This document shows, one piece after another, positions 11,796 through 22,100 of a stretch of DNA of 29,131 nt. Within the stretch, counting starts at the first letter, position 1, and each line of letters begins with the position of its first letter. The translations under genes and the position numbers were made by a program. The stretch is from Octopus sinensis (Eukaryota), in NCBI RefSeq assembly GCF_006345805.1, contig NW_021833183.1:1-29131 (forward strand), given 5' to 3'. Under the pieces are notes generated by a model. That model was given only the letters and a program-made list of their open reading frames with translations. It had not been told where the DNA came from and did not search any database.

Positions 11796-12183
11796 CATAC
11801 ACATATATTTATGCATACACACACACACAACACACCCACATACACATGTATATAACGCCCTTTTGCGGCTTATCAACATCACATATGTGTGTACGTACGT
11901 ACGTATGTATGTAAGCATGTATGTATGTATGTGTATGTATGTATGTATGTATGTATGTATGTATGTATGTATGTACGTATGTATGTATGTATGTATGTAT
12001 GTATGTATGTATGTATGTATGTATGTATGTATGTATGTATGTATGTGAATGTATGTATGTGTGTGTATGTATGTATGTATGCAAATATATATATATATGT
12101 ATGTGTATGTATGTTTGTATATATATGTATGCATGTATGTATGTATGTATGTATGTATTTATGTATGTATGTGTGTATATATG
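11710..12183. repeat. (TA)n then long (TATG)n microsatellite
   Basis: Direct reading. Confidence 0.95.
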
Positions 12184-12428
12184 TTTCAGTCATTTGACTG
12201 TGGCCATGCTGGAGTACCGCCTTTGATCGAGCAAATCGACCCCAGGATTTTTCTTTGTAAGCCTAGTACTTATGTTATCGGTATATTAGGCCGAACAGTT
12301 AAGTTACAGGGACGTAAACACACCGGCATCAGTTGTCAAGCGATGGTTGGGGACAAACAGGCATACAAACATATACACATGTCACGCAGTGGGACTGAAC
12401 CCGGAACTATGTTGTTGGGAAACAAGCT
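12184..12428 (-). mobile_element. SINE family A (tRNA-derived, CORE-like) with internal deletion
   Basis: Body gactgtggccatgctggagtaccgcc...tgtcaagcgatggttggggacaaac matches 21813-22100. It joins directly to head cacgcagtgggactgaacccggaac, which matches 21710-21740 (minus-strand B-box gggttcagtccc). Confidence 0.85.
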
Positions 12429-12566
12429 GAAAATCAGATATAAGAAACAACTCAGTGTGACGCACCAATGGTATGAATCCGAACATCAGACACGAATGAA
12501 GCTAGTATGACGTTAAATAATAAACAGGACGAAATCTGGATTTAGTGAAATTATGTTCACTTCCAG

Positions 12567-12665
12567 AGTAGATAAACAAACGCCTAGTGGAGACGAGTAC
12601 GCAACTTCCATAGGCGCCAGAAGCGCAGCAGCTGTTCGACGTTTCACCCGAACCAGCCATAAGAC
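12567..12665 (+). CDS. Candidate 99-nt internal exon, product unknown (VDKQTPSGDEYATSIGARSAAAVRRFTRTSHK)
   Basis: Acceptor ttatgttcacttccAG, donor GAC|GTAGGT, length 99, phase 2-2, only one frame open, GC higher than flanks. No homology recognised. Confidence 0.3.
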
Positions 12666-12704
12666 GTAGGTACATACACATTAAGAGTAGAGAACATTTA
12701 TAGT

Positions 12705-12916
12705 ATGACATACATACATGCATGCATATATACATACATACACACTCACACACGCACCACACGCACGCACACACACATACATACATACATACATACATAC
12801 ATACATTCATACATACATTCATACATACATACATACATACACACATACATACATACATACATACATACAACATACATACATACATACATTCATACATACA
12901 TACATACATACATACA

Positions 12917-12948
<32 letters not shown>

Positions 12949-13210
12949 CGTACAGACATACGTACAGACACACATATACGCACAGACATGCATTCATATT
13001 TATACACACATACATAAATTACATTCATGCATAAATACATGAATACATACATGCATGCGTACATGCATACACGCACATACACATACATAAATACATATAT
13101 ACATGCATACACACAAGCAAGCATGCATACACAGACACATACATGCACACACATGCATACATACATAATACATACATACATACATACATACATGTATGTA
13201 TGCATGCATA
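12705..13210. repeat. Long (CATA)n microsatellite
   Basis: Direct reading; reverse complement of the (TATG)n array at 11900-12183. Confidence 0.95.
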
Positions 13211-13213
13211 CAG

Positions 13214-13430
13214 TTATTTTTCAACCATATAATGACCCACATGCTTCTCCCGGACTATTTTTTTCTCCTGTCTTTGGATTTTTTCCTCTTTCTGACGAAG
13301 ATCCATCACCGAAACGTCACGCTCCCTCATTTTTTCCCATTTTAAACTTTCTTTGAATTTAATATATTCATTGTATACACCCTTTTGACCCTTTTTTGTT
13401 TTCCCTTGTTTTTTGTTTCTAATTTTGATT
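13214..13430 (+). mobile_element. Penelope-like terminal repeat fragment with hammerhead-like core (13292-13318)
   Basis: CTGACGA-A-G(atccatcac)C-GAAACGTC: canonical core and GUC triplet; stem II has a mismatch and stem I is only ~1 bp. Confidence 0.6.
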
Positions 13431-13502
13431 ACATCCATCCAACCATACATCCATGCACTCATCTGCCCATCCATAAATACATACATGCATACATGCATAT
13501 AT

Positions 13503-13714
13503 ATGACTGCGTGTGTACTGTTGGCGATTTTTTTCCTCTGTCTTCCCTTCTCTGGATCTTTCCTTCTCCTATGTTTCCGACGAAGAGCTCCGCTCGAAAC
13601 GTTAAACCCTCCTTCTTTCCTTCTTTTCTGAGCATCCAATAATACTATATTTGTTCCACGTCCTCGTGTTGTTGTGTTTTTTTTCTTTGTGCTTTCTTGT
13701 TTGGATTAACTTTA
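13503..13714 (+). mobile_element. Penelope-like terminal repeat fragment
   Basis: Same layout as 3337-3545. Tail shared with 7891-7979. Ends in (TA)n. Confidence 0.75.
13573..13607 (+). ncRNA. Minimal type-I hammerhead ribozyme-like motif (core CCGACGA)
   Basis: GUUU-CCGACGA-A-GAGC(UCC)GCUC-GAAACGU^U-AAAC: 4-bp stem I, 4-bp stem II, palindromic ACGU. U4 is replaced by C. Confidence 0.6.
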
Positions 13715-14299
13715 TATATACATATATACTCGCACACGCACACACACACACACATACTCACACACTCACACACACACAAATGGTGTCTATATACGTTTTA
13801 TGTCAGAGTATCCCTCTCCTAGGAGGATACTTTAACAACAGCTGACGGGGAGGGGATCATCCCCGCTGGTTTTACTATGCACCATGACACTGAGCAGGTT
13901 TTGTTTTTTTGCGTCCCTCCACTCAAATGGATTGTCATCACATGTGATTTTTTATCAACTTGCTTCGGCCTATCACTGGATACTAATCACAGAAACTCAG
14001 AGAGTGATGGCGCTGGAGTCGTAATAATCCAATGACGTACAGAAGTGTCTTTATGGCGACGCCATTTGTCATTTCGTCTACTGAAAGCCTTATGGCGATC
14101 GAAGACTGGCGACGTGTACAGACCTGACCATTTGGAAACGTACAATAAAACTACAACTTTCGCATTTTACTGAGAGGTCATGGACGGAAAGTCAGAAGTA
14201 GCATTGACAACGAAGAAGCACAAGGAAACGGAAATCAACGGTGAAAATGGAGCAATCATTTTGCATGTATGTGCGCCCGTGTGTGTGTGTGTGTGTGCG

Positions 14300-14353
<54 letters not shown>

Positions 14354-14864
14354 TGTGTGCGTGTGTGTATATATGTATTTATATATACGTCGCCCTTTTC
14401 AAGCCTAGCCAGGCTCATGGGCCCGGTTTCCCGGTTTCTGTGGCGTATGTGTTCCCCCGCAGCTGGACGGGACGCCATTCCATCGCAGATTTATATATAA
14501 GGACATATTAATTAATGAAGTCTGTAAAGAATACAAGACGATCACAGCTCTTCCCTCTAGTTTTTTGCACTTAATGCTCGCAAACTTCTTGTGCAGTACT
14601 TTCTGCCTCTGAGCAGACGATAAATGCACTGATTGTATAAGAATAATTTATTAATTAGAACATTAGTTTAGACAGCGCACGCGAATTGTTATACGCACGT
14701 TGGTTTTATATATTTCATCCTTTAGGCGCTCGCTATCAAATGTCTATGTGCATGCGCACGTATACAGCATAGAGGAAACAGTGAAAGGAACGTTTACCAA
14801 AGTCTACTCAACCAGGTCTGATCTGGGATTAAGTAATAACAATCCTGTCCTCCACTTGCAAATA

Positions 14865-14922
14865 TGTATACATTATATATACATACATACACACACACAC
14901 AACAACACACACACACACACAC

Positions 14923-14982
<60 letters not shown>

Positions 14983-15069
14983 TGTGTGTGTGTATAATAT
15001 ATATGTATATATATATGTATATATATGTATATATATATAGTGTATATATATATGTGTATATATATTATG

Positions 15070-15115
<46 letters not shown>

Positions 15116-15230
15116 CATATATATTATATATATATAATACTATATATAATATTATATATATATATATCTATATATATATATATATATGTATATATATGTA
15201 TGTATGTATGTGTGTGTGTGTGTATATTTA
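14865..15230. repeat. (CA)n/(TA)n microsatellite field
   Basis: Direct reading. Confidence 0.95.
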
Positions 15231-15519
15231 TTATCCAGGCTATACGTTTGTGTATTCAATCTCAACTTGCATGTCTATACCCAGTCTCTCTGCTTTTATA
15301 CTGCCTCGTATGTACTGGTGTGTATACCCAGTCTGCACTTGATGATAATGTCGCCATCTTTTAAGTGCTTGTAGGAGTAGAATTCCAGCAATGATGACCT
15401 TAATAATAGTTGTTTATATCTCTGGACCCTTTTTAAAGGGACTCAAACACACACAGACACACACGCACTAATCAAAGCGTAATACACAAACATTCACAGA
15501 CACACAAATTTACACATAG

Positions 15520-15558
15520 TCTCTCTCTCTTTCTCCCTTTCTTTCCCGCGCTCCCTCT

Positions 15559-15589
<31 letters not shown>

Positions 15590-15840
15590 CCTCCCTCTCT
15601 CTCCCTCCCTCTCTCTCCCTCCCTCTCTCTCTCTCCCTCTCTCCTGTTGCATTCCTTATTTTTTCCACAATTTTCCATTCATTCTTCTTGTCTTCTCTTT
15701 CTTCTCTTCGCCTCTCTGCTTCTCTCACTTCCACAGCCTCCATCCTTCTTTCTTCCTTTCTTTCTTTCTTTTCTTTTCTTTCTTTCTTTCACTCTCTCTT
15801 TCTCTTTCTTTTTCTTTCTCTCTCTCTCTCTCTCTCTCTC
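15520..15840. repeat. Polypyrimidine (CT)n/(CTTT)n tract
   Basis: Nearly all pyrimidine on the + strand. Confidence 0.9.
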
Positions 15841-16122
15841 GTAGCCTATCCGTCTTTATGTCTACATCCCGGTACATACTAATCTCTAGAGAAAACATAA
15901 GCCATAATATATACTTTCAACATACCTCAAGATCACCGCACACTACACCTCTCCACTCCTACCCTCTGCAGCACCCCACACACTACACCCCCACACTCCA
16001 GACTATACCAGTTACTTACCACTCCAGTTCACTACACCTCACACACTGCAATACACCCGCCCAACCACCCCAAACACTACAGCATGCCACACACTTCATA
16101 CTATTATACTACTCCAGTTATT

Positions 16123-16580
16123 GGTGAAGGCGCGTGGTTTAATGGTTAGGGTATTCGGCTCACGATCATAAAGTCCTGAGTTTGATTCCCAGCGGCGCAT
16201 TGTGCCCGTGAATTCTATTCTCAGCGGCGCAGTGAGTCCGTGAATTCTATTCTCAGCGGCGCAGTGAGTCCGTGAATTCGATTCCCAGTGGCACATTGCG
16301 TCCGTGAATTCTATTCCCAGCGGCGCATTGTGTCTGCGAATTAGATTCCCAGCGGCACATTGTGTCCACGAGTTCGAGTCGTAGCGGCGCATTGTTTCCT
16401 TACTCCAGTCCACTCAGCTGGCAAAATTGCGTAGTACCAGTGATTCAAAAGGGTCGGCCTTGTCACATTCGGTGTCACGCTGAATCTCCCTGGGAACTAT
16501 AAGTAAAGGTACATTTGACTGAGGAGTACTCAGCCATTTGTGCGTTAATTTCATGACCTGGCTGTCCCGTCGTCGTAATC
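16123..16580 (+). mobile_element. SINE family B (tRNA-derived) with internal 7 x 32-nt tandem array
   Basis: A-box tggtttaatgg (16135-16145), B-box-like gagtttgattccc (16178-16190), seven 32-nt units 16176-16399, then body ctccagtccactcagctggc. Confidence 0.85.
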
Positions 16581-16929
16581 AGCAGAGAAATTCACCAGAC
16601 GACTACAACACACACTGCACCGTCTCCACACCACACACCACAATCTGCACCACTAACTACAGCACACACTACGCCACGTAATACCTACATCACATAATAC
16701 ACCCCACCACATACTACATCCCAACCACACACTGCACTACTACACAAACTGCTCCATGCCACACACACTACACCACACAATAAACTACACATCATAAAAC
16801 ACTGCCACAACATTAAACACGAGTTTAAAATCTAATAAAACTCATTTGTACTCGTATACATGTATGCACCAACACATCAGAAACCATACCACGCACCTCA
16901 CCACTAATTTTTCTTCTTTCTTTTGTCGG

Positions 16930-17490
16930 TCTTAAGCGGTTTTATGGGTAAGATGATGGATTTGTTGTTGAAGTCTATGAAATACATTTGTTTAAAGTGA
17001 AAGTCAATCCGTTCTGTCGTTGAAACTATGCTCAAGTTTTTCCGCGACATAGGTGGGTTATATAGAGATGACAGGCTTTTACTTAATAAATTCGACTTGC
17101 ATATAAGAAACACATCAAAATAAAGCATAGACATCTTGTTGAAAGATTACGGTCCTTCTCTCACCACAGAAGTAAATTTTTCCACTGTTAGTTTCTTTAA
17201 TGCAACGCTTAATCTAGAATAAAGACGCAACAAATCATTAAGAATTGCGTTAAAAAGAAACAAGCAAGAAAGAAATTGTATTACTCGTTTCGTAAACCAC
17301 ATAAAAGAACTATGTTACATCATCAAGTAACCGAACCCTCGAAAAACATCGGCAAAACACTTAGTAACATTTTATGTTATTATTCCAAGATTCTCAGCAA
17401 ACAAGCAAAGTTTGTGTAATGAGGTTCTGTTTAACAGCGGTATACCAGAGAAGATTGAATATATTGACAAGCCGCGTTTCCAGGCGTTGA
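16930..17490 (+). mobile_element. Penelope-like element reverse transcriptase remnant
   Basis: GLYRDD at 17055-17072, then LTTEVNFSTVSFFNATLNL (cf. ITIETN...VNFLDVTLNL), FRKPH and NSGIPEKIEYI. Stops and frameshifts present. Confidence 0.75.
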
Positions 17491-17624
17491 AGAGAACGGG
17501 GGTAGAAACAGGGATAGAAATGTCTTGGTTTAACCCACCATGAAAATTTCACTGTGGCTAGGATTTTACAAAAAAAGAGACTTCAACTTTATCACTGTGT
17601 ATGTGTGCGTACGTGTGTGCGCGA

Positions 17625-17659
<35 letters not shown>

Positions 17660-18479
17660 CAGATATACACACATACAAACATAAACACACAAACACATAT
17701 GCATCATCAAACAGACATAGACGAGAACTGCTAATAGTCTCTTACTGTGGAGACACGAGGCCAGACGGGTCTTTACAATGTACGGTGTCTCCACAGCAAG
17801 AAACTCTTAGTAGCTCTCATCTTTATATCTTTATACTGCGTACATTAAATGACATTTATCTCTCACGAGATGGAATATTTGATCATACTTTAAAGGAACA
17901 GTAAACTATGTGTGTGTGTATGTATGTATGAGTGTGCCTAGTGCTTTTGCGCGTATATGTATGAATGAGATTTGTGTGTCTGTGACAGAGAGAGAGAGAG
18001 AGAGAGAAAGAGAGTGATGTGTTTATATGCGCGTGTATACGTGTTGTATAGACGTATAGCTGTGTTTGTGTATTTGTGTCTGTCTGTGTGTCGAAGTATG
18101 TAAATATGAAATACCAAATAAGAGACAGCGTGAGATAATAAGCAAGTGGAACATTGTTACCTTCAGCAACAAAGAGTGAAACAGATATTTAACAAAGTCA
18201 TTTCTCATTTCTCATATTGTTTCCCTTCTCCTCCTCCTCCTCCCGCCACCCCTACCCCCTACCCTCACCCCCGTAAAACAAAGGTCATCTCACGATTGTT
18301 TCCAGCTCCCAAATTGCTAAGGTCAGCGACGAACATCGTCTCCCCCCTCTCCAAATATCTGTTCGTCCCTGTTGACAGTTGTATGAAGTTGTCTTGTCAG
18401 TTAGACATATATTACATGGGACCAGCTTCCGTTGCCGATAACACGTGTTCTCTGTGACCAGATGCATATGTGCTTGCCT

Positions 18480-18512
18480 CTCTCTCTGTGTGTGTGTGTG
18501 TGTGTGTGCATG

Positions 18513-18556
<44 letters not shown>

Positions 18557-18726
18557 CATGCATGTGTGCGTGCATGCATGTGTGCGTGCGTGTATGTGTG
18601 TGTGTGAGTACATATGTATATTTGAGTGCGTCCTTGTGTGTGTGTTTGAGCGGTGTAAATTATATTAATTTTGTATGTGTGAATATATACGAGTTCATAC
18701 ACGTACACACACGCACATACACACAC

Positions 18727-18783
<57 letters not shown>

Positions 18784-18800
18784 TACACACATAGACTGAC
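18480..18800. repeat. (GT)n followed by (CA)n microsatellites
   Basis: Direct reading; the two tracts are mutually complementary. Confidence 0.9.
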
Positions 18801-19017
18801 AAATAGACACGCAGACATTCGTCAAAATGAGGAGAGCGGCATCAAAGGAAACTAAACGATAATAAAAGTGTGGCGGATTATCAGCTTTTTATGAAGAGCT
18901 TAAAAGTTCATTAACCGTTGTTTCAAGACTTCATTGTTCCAATATTCGTACGAAAACATAAAGAATATTGAGAAGAATTTTAACGCTTTAGCATTCCGGT
19001 TACTTTGTCAAATATAT

Positions 19018-19780
19018 TACGGAGATGTACCTGCATAGCAAGTGATCTAATCTGAGATCGTGTGCTGAAACGAAAACAATTGCAGCGTGGAAGGTGTTTA
19101 TAAGCCATTTAAGAAACACACAAAAACCGTTAGATTCACTTCAACATTTAAGTTTAATTTGTCAAAATATTTTCGTCGCTTTAAGACCGCGACCTGTTCA
19201 CTGACAAAACTCCGTGCTGCATCTCGATGAAAATATTTTGACAAATTAAACTTAAATGTTGAAGTGAATCGAACGGCTTTTGTGTGTTTCTTAAATGGCT
19301 TACAAACACCTTCCACGCTGCAATTGTCAAATATATGTAACCAGCAAAACGCCCCCTGTCCAATGGACGGTGCTGAGTTTGATTTGATTTTGATTTTTCC
19401 AGTTTCAGCTAATGAGCTGTGGCCATGTTGGGGCACCGCCATTTGTCGAACATTTAAACCAAATTTTCTCAAAACTTGTCCGACCGTCCCACAGGCCTCC
19501 CCTTTGAGAAACACTGACTTAACCTAAATTTGAGACACCAGCAAAAGAAGAAATAAAGATAGACATTTTTTCTACTCCTAGAAAATCGATTTTACAAATG
19601 CACGTTCCCACGGCTTTACAAATGCACGTTCCCACGATTTTAGTAATTTTTTCAAGACTTATACACGCCCTGATACCGTCGGTATCTACATGTCAAATTT
19701 GAGCGCAATCGGATGGAGGATGCCCGAGATCCTAGAAGACACACACACACAGATAGACAGAACGGATTTTATATAATAGA
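19018..19780 (-). mobile_element. Non-autonomous Helitron nested in the MITE
   Basis: Minus-strand 5' end A|TCTATTATATAAAAT-ccgttctgtctatctgtgtgtg...ccgattgcgctcaaatttg. Small hairpin at 19029-19043 followed by tacatc near the other end. Terminal CTAG is degenerate, so the 3' boundary is approximate. Confidence 0.7.
19076..19327. repeat. Long inverted repeat, 99-bp arms, 54-nt spacer
   Basis: Arms 19076-19174 and 19229-19327 differ at 3 positions (checked by hand). Confidence 0.97.
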
Positions 19781-20129
19781 TGTTCATTCTTTCACTTTGT
19801 TTTGAATTAATCAGGCATTATTTCAAGACTTGGAGAATTTGACGATGTGATATTTTATTTCTACAATGACATTACAAGGTAGATTCGAGAGGTCAGATCT
19901 GGTCAGAATGGGCATAAAACAGGCAGAATATTTTGGCCGGATGTGGCCAGATTAAATGCTAAAAGGCTAAAGGCAGCTGCATGTGTTAGTTAAAAAGATA
20001 TATCGGATACTGAATAAATCCTGCAACACTCCAAGTCGCGTAGGAAAAGTTGGCAAAGTATTCTGTTCGATAAATAAACATAAACGTGTCAATAAATAAA
20101 TAAATTGAAGGGACTACGAAGGAGGATTA

Positions 20130-20378
20130 GGAAGAGGAGATGAAGAGAACTAAGAAAGAAAAGGTGAGAAGAAGAAGAAGAAGAAGAAGAAGAAGAAGAA
20201 AAAAAAAGAGAAAGAAAAAGAAGAAGAAGAAGAAGAAGAAGAGAACTAAGAAAGAAAAGATGAGAAGAAGAAGAAGAAGAAAAAGAAGAAGAAAAAGAAA
20301 AAGAAGAAGAAGAAGAAGAAGAAGAAGAAGAAGAAGAAGAAGAAGAAGAAGAAGAAGAAGAAGAAGAAGAAGAAGAAT
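20130..20378. repeat. (GAA)n polypurine tract with 96-nt internal duplication
   Basis: Block gaagagaactaagaaagaaaag.tgagaagaag starts at 20142 and again at 20238. Confidence 0.95.
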
Positions 20379-20645
20379 AGGGCTGAATACGAGAGGACGA
20401 AGAGGAAAGCAAAGGAATCGGAGAGAGAAGAAAGAACTTCAAAACGCTGAACCCCTTTGTTGTTGTGTTGCATTCTCTGTTGTTTTTTTATGTGCCACAT
20501 ATGCCTTGAAAGGGTAGCGGTATGGCATATTAAGGCTCGGAAGCTACCGTCAGCATTTTGTAAGTGAAAGATTCAAGGTCTTGACACTGCCTGGGCACAT
20601 GCCAATAGCCTTTCCACAAAGATTTCAATCTACATAATATGAAAC

Positions 20646-20858
20646 TGCAGAAACGGTAGTATGCCAGGGTGCAATGCTTTGCTGTATTTCGTCTGTCTTT
20701 ACGTTCTGAGTTCAAATTCCGCCGAGGTCGACTTTGCCTTTCATCCTTTCGGGGGGGGGGGTCGATAAATTAAGTACCAGTTGCATACTGGGGTCGATCT
20801 AATCGACTGGGCCCCCCTCCCCCAAGATTTCGGGCCTTGTGCCTAGAGTAGAAAAGAT
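20646..20858 (+). mobile_element. SINE family C (tRNA-derived; central domain resembles the MetaSINE type)
   Basis: B-box gagttcaaattcc, central gactttgcctttcatcctttcgggg-tcgataaa, tail shared with 26873-27086. Confidence 0.85.
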
Positions 20859-20917
20859 ATATCTAGAATAGAAGACGAGATTTAAACACCGTATCTGCTG
20901 GACAGACAGACACACAC

Positions 20918-20948
<31 letters not shown>

Positions 20949-21379
20949 AAGACACACTCACACATATACATACATATATGTGCACATGCACTCATGGATA
21001 TGTGAGTGCGCATGCGTGTGCATGTATGTGTGTGTGCGTGTGTGGGAGGAGTGTAGACCTACTTAATCAGGGACCTTCGCAGTTCAGAGCAATTACTATC
21101 ATTGTATCAATAAATCCTTAATTTCCCATGGAGCTACAATATACACACCGATGGCGCCATACGCTACAATGGACTCTTAAACCTAGCAATTAACTCCAGT
21201 CTCAGGGTCGCGGGTAAATGAGACAAACATATGATTGGACACAATGCTGATCTATTGTCACGTGTAACACTATGTCACGTGTAACATTATGAATGGGGAG
21301 ATTAAGACAATACCGAGCAGTCACGAGCAAACCGCGACTCGCGGGACTTTCTGAACGGAACGCTTAACGGAAGACTTAC

Positions 21380-21439
21380 CTTGACCTTTTTCGTAGAGCG
21401 GCCAACCTGATGATGAGCCATTCCTCATGCGGCCCATCA
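21380..21439 (-). CDS. Candidate 60-nt exon of an unidentified minus-strand gene
   Basis: Acceptor ttcttttttcgtgcAG and donor AAG|GTAAGT are both near consensus. Length 60. Two frames open (MGRMRNGSSSGWPLYEKGQ or DGPHEEWLIIRLAALRKRS). Unique sequence. Confidence 0.55.
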
Positions 21440-21625
21440 CTGCACGAAAAAAGAATTCCCGTGCCAAATACGGAATTTAGATTCTTTCCCAGAACCATCA
21501 CAAAACACCTAGCGTGATCTGAACTTGCATCCCATCCATCTCTGTGGAGTCCAAGGTTTTATTGACCAAGTCATTTTACTTCAACAAGCCTGCATACATA
21601 CATTCATCCGTACATACACACACAC

Positions 21626-21778
21626 ACGACGGGATTCTTTCAATTTACGCCTACCAGATCCACTTTGGTCGGCCCGGGGCTATAGTAGAAGACACGTGCC
21701 CAAAGTACCACGCAGTGGGACTGAACACGGAACCATGGGGTTGGTTAGCAAGCTTCTTACCGCACAGCTACGCCCCTG
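21626..21778 (-). mobile_element. SINE family A, head and CORE-like half
   Basis: Minus strand: A-box tgtgcggtaag, B-box gtgttcagtccc, then gtactttgggcacgtgtcttctactatagc (CORE-like). Confidence 0.85.
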
Positions 21779-21812
21779 CCCCTTATCATAGATCTTTTAT
21801 ATTTGCTTTTCT

Positions 21813-22100
21813 CTCTTACTTGTTTCAGTTATTAGACTGCGGCCATGCTGGGGCACCACTTTGAAGGGATTGACCCAGTCATTATATTTTTTTAAAGCCC
21901 GGTGCTTATTGCATTGGTCTCTTTAACCAAACCGCTAAGTCATGGGGTCACGCGCTGTCAAGCGATGGTTGGGGGACAAACACACACACATACACAGACA
22001 GATATATACAATCGGCTTCTTTCAGTTTCCAGTTAACAAATCTACTCAGAAGGTTTTAATCGATCTGAAGCCATTGCCGAAGATACTTGCCCCAGATGCC
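21813..22100 (-). mobile_element. SINE family A, body and tail, headless
   Basis: gactgcggccatgctggggcacc...tgtcaagcgatggttgggggacaaac...ggcttctttcagtttcc...gatacttgccca. Confidence 0.8.

Larger units (their letters stand above)
18984..19966. mobile_element. piggyBac-like (TTAA) MITE, interrupted by a Helitron
   Basis: TTAA (18980-18983) + cgctttagcatt ... aatgctaaaagg + CTAA (19967-19970). 12-bp TIRs differ at 2 positions and fit CCC...GGG/TTAA termini. About 220 bp remain once the insert is removed. Confidence 0.65.

Noticed and set aside
16176-16399. CRISPR-like 32-nt repeats
   Set aside because: Units are contiguous with no unique spacers, derive from a SINE B-box, and there are no cas genes; context is eukaryotic.
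20140-20517. Arg/Lys-rich protamine-like ORF
   Set aside because: It is the (GAA)n tract read in one frame.
20540-20646. Minus-strand exon after acceptor gtttctgcAG
   Set aside because: The acceptor lies in a SINE head and the only donor nearby (ACG|GTAGCT) is weak.
21406-21450. Hammerhead starting at CTGATGA with a TGAG/CTCA stem
   Set aside because: The stem is not followed by GAAA; the required core is missing.
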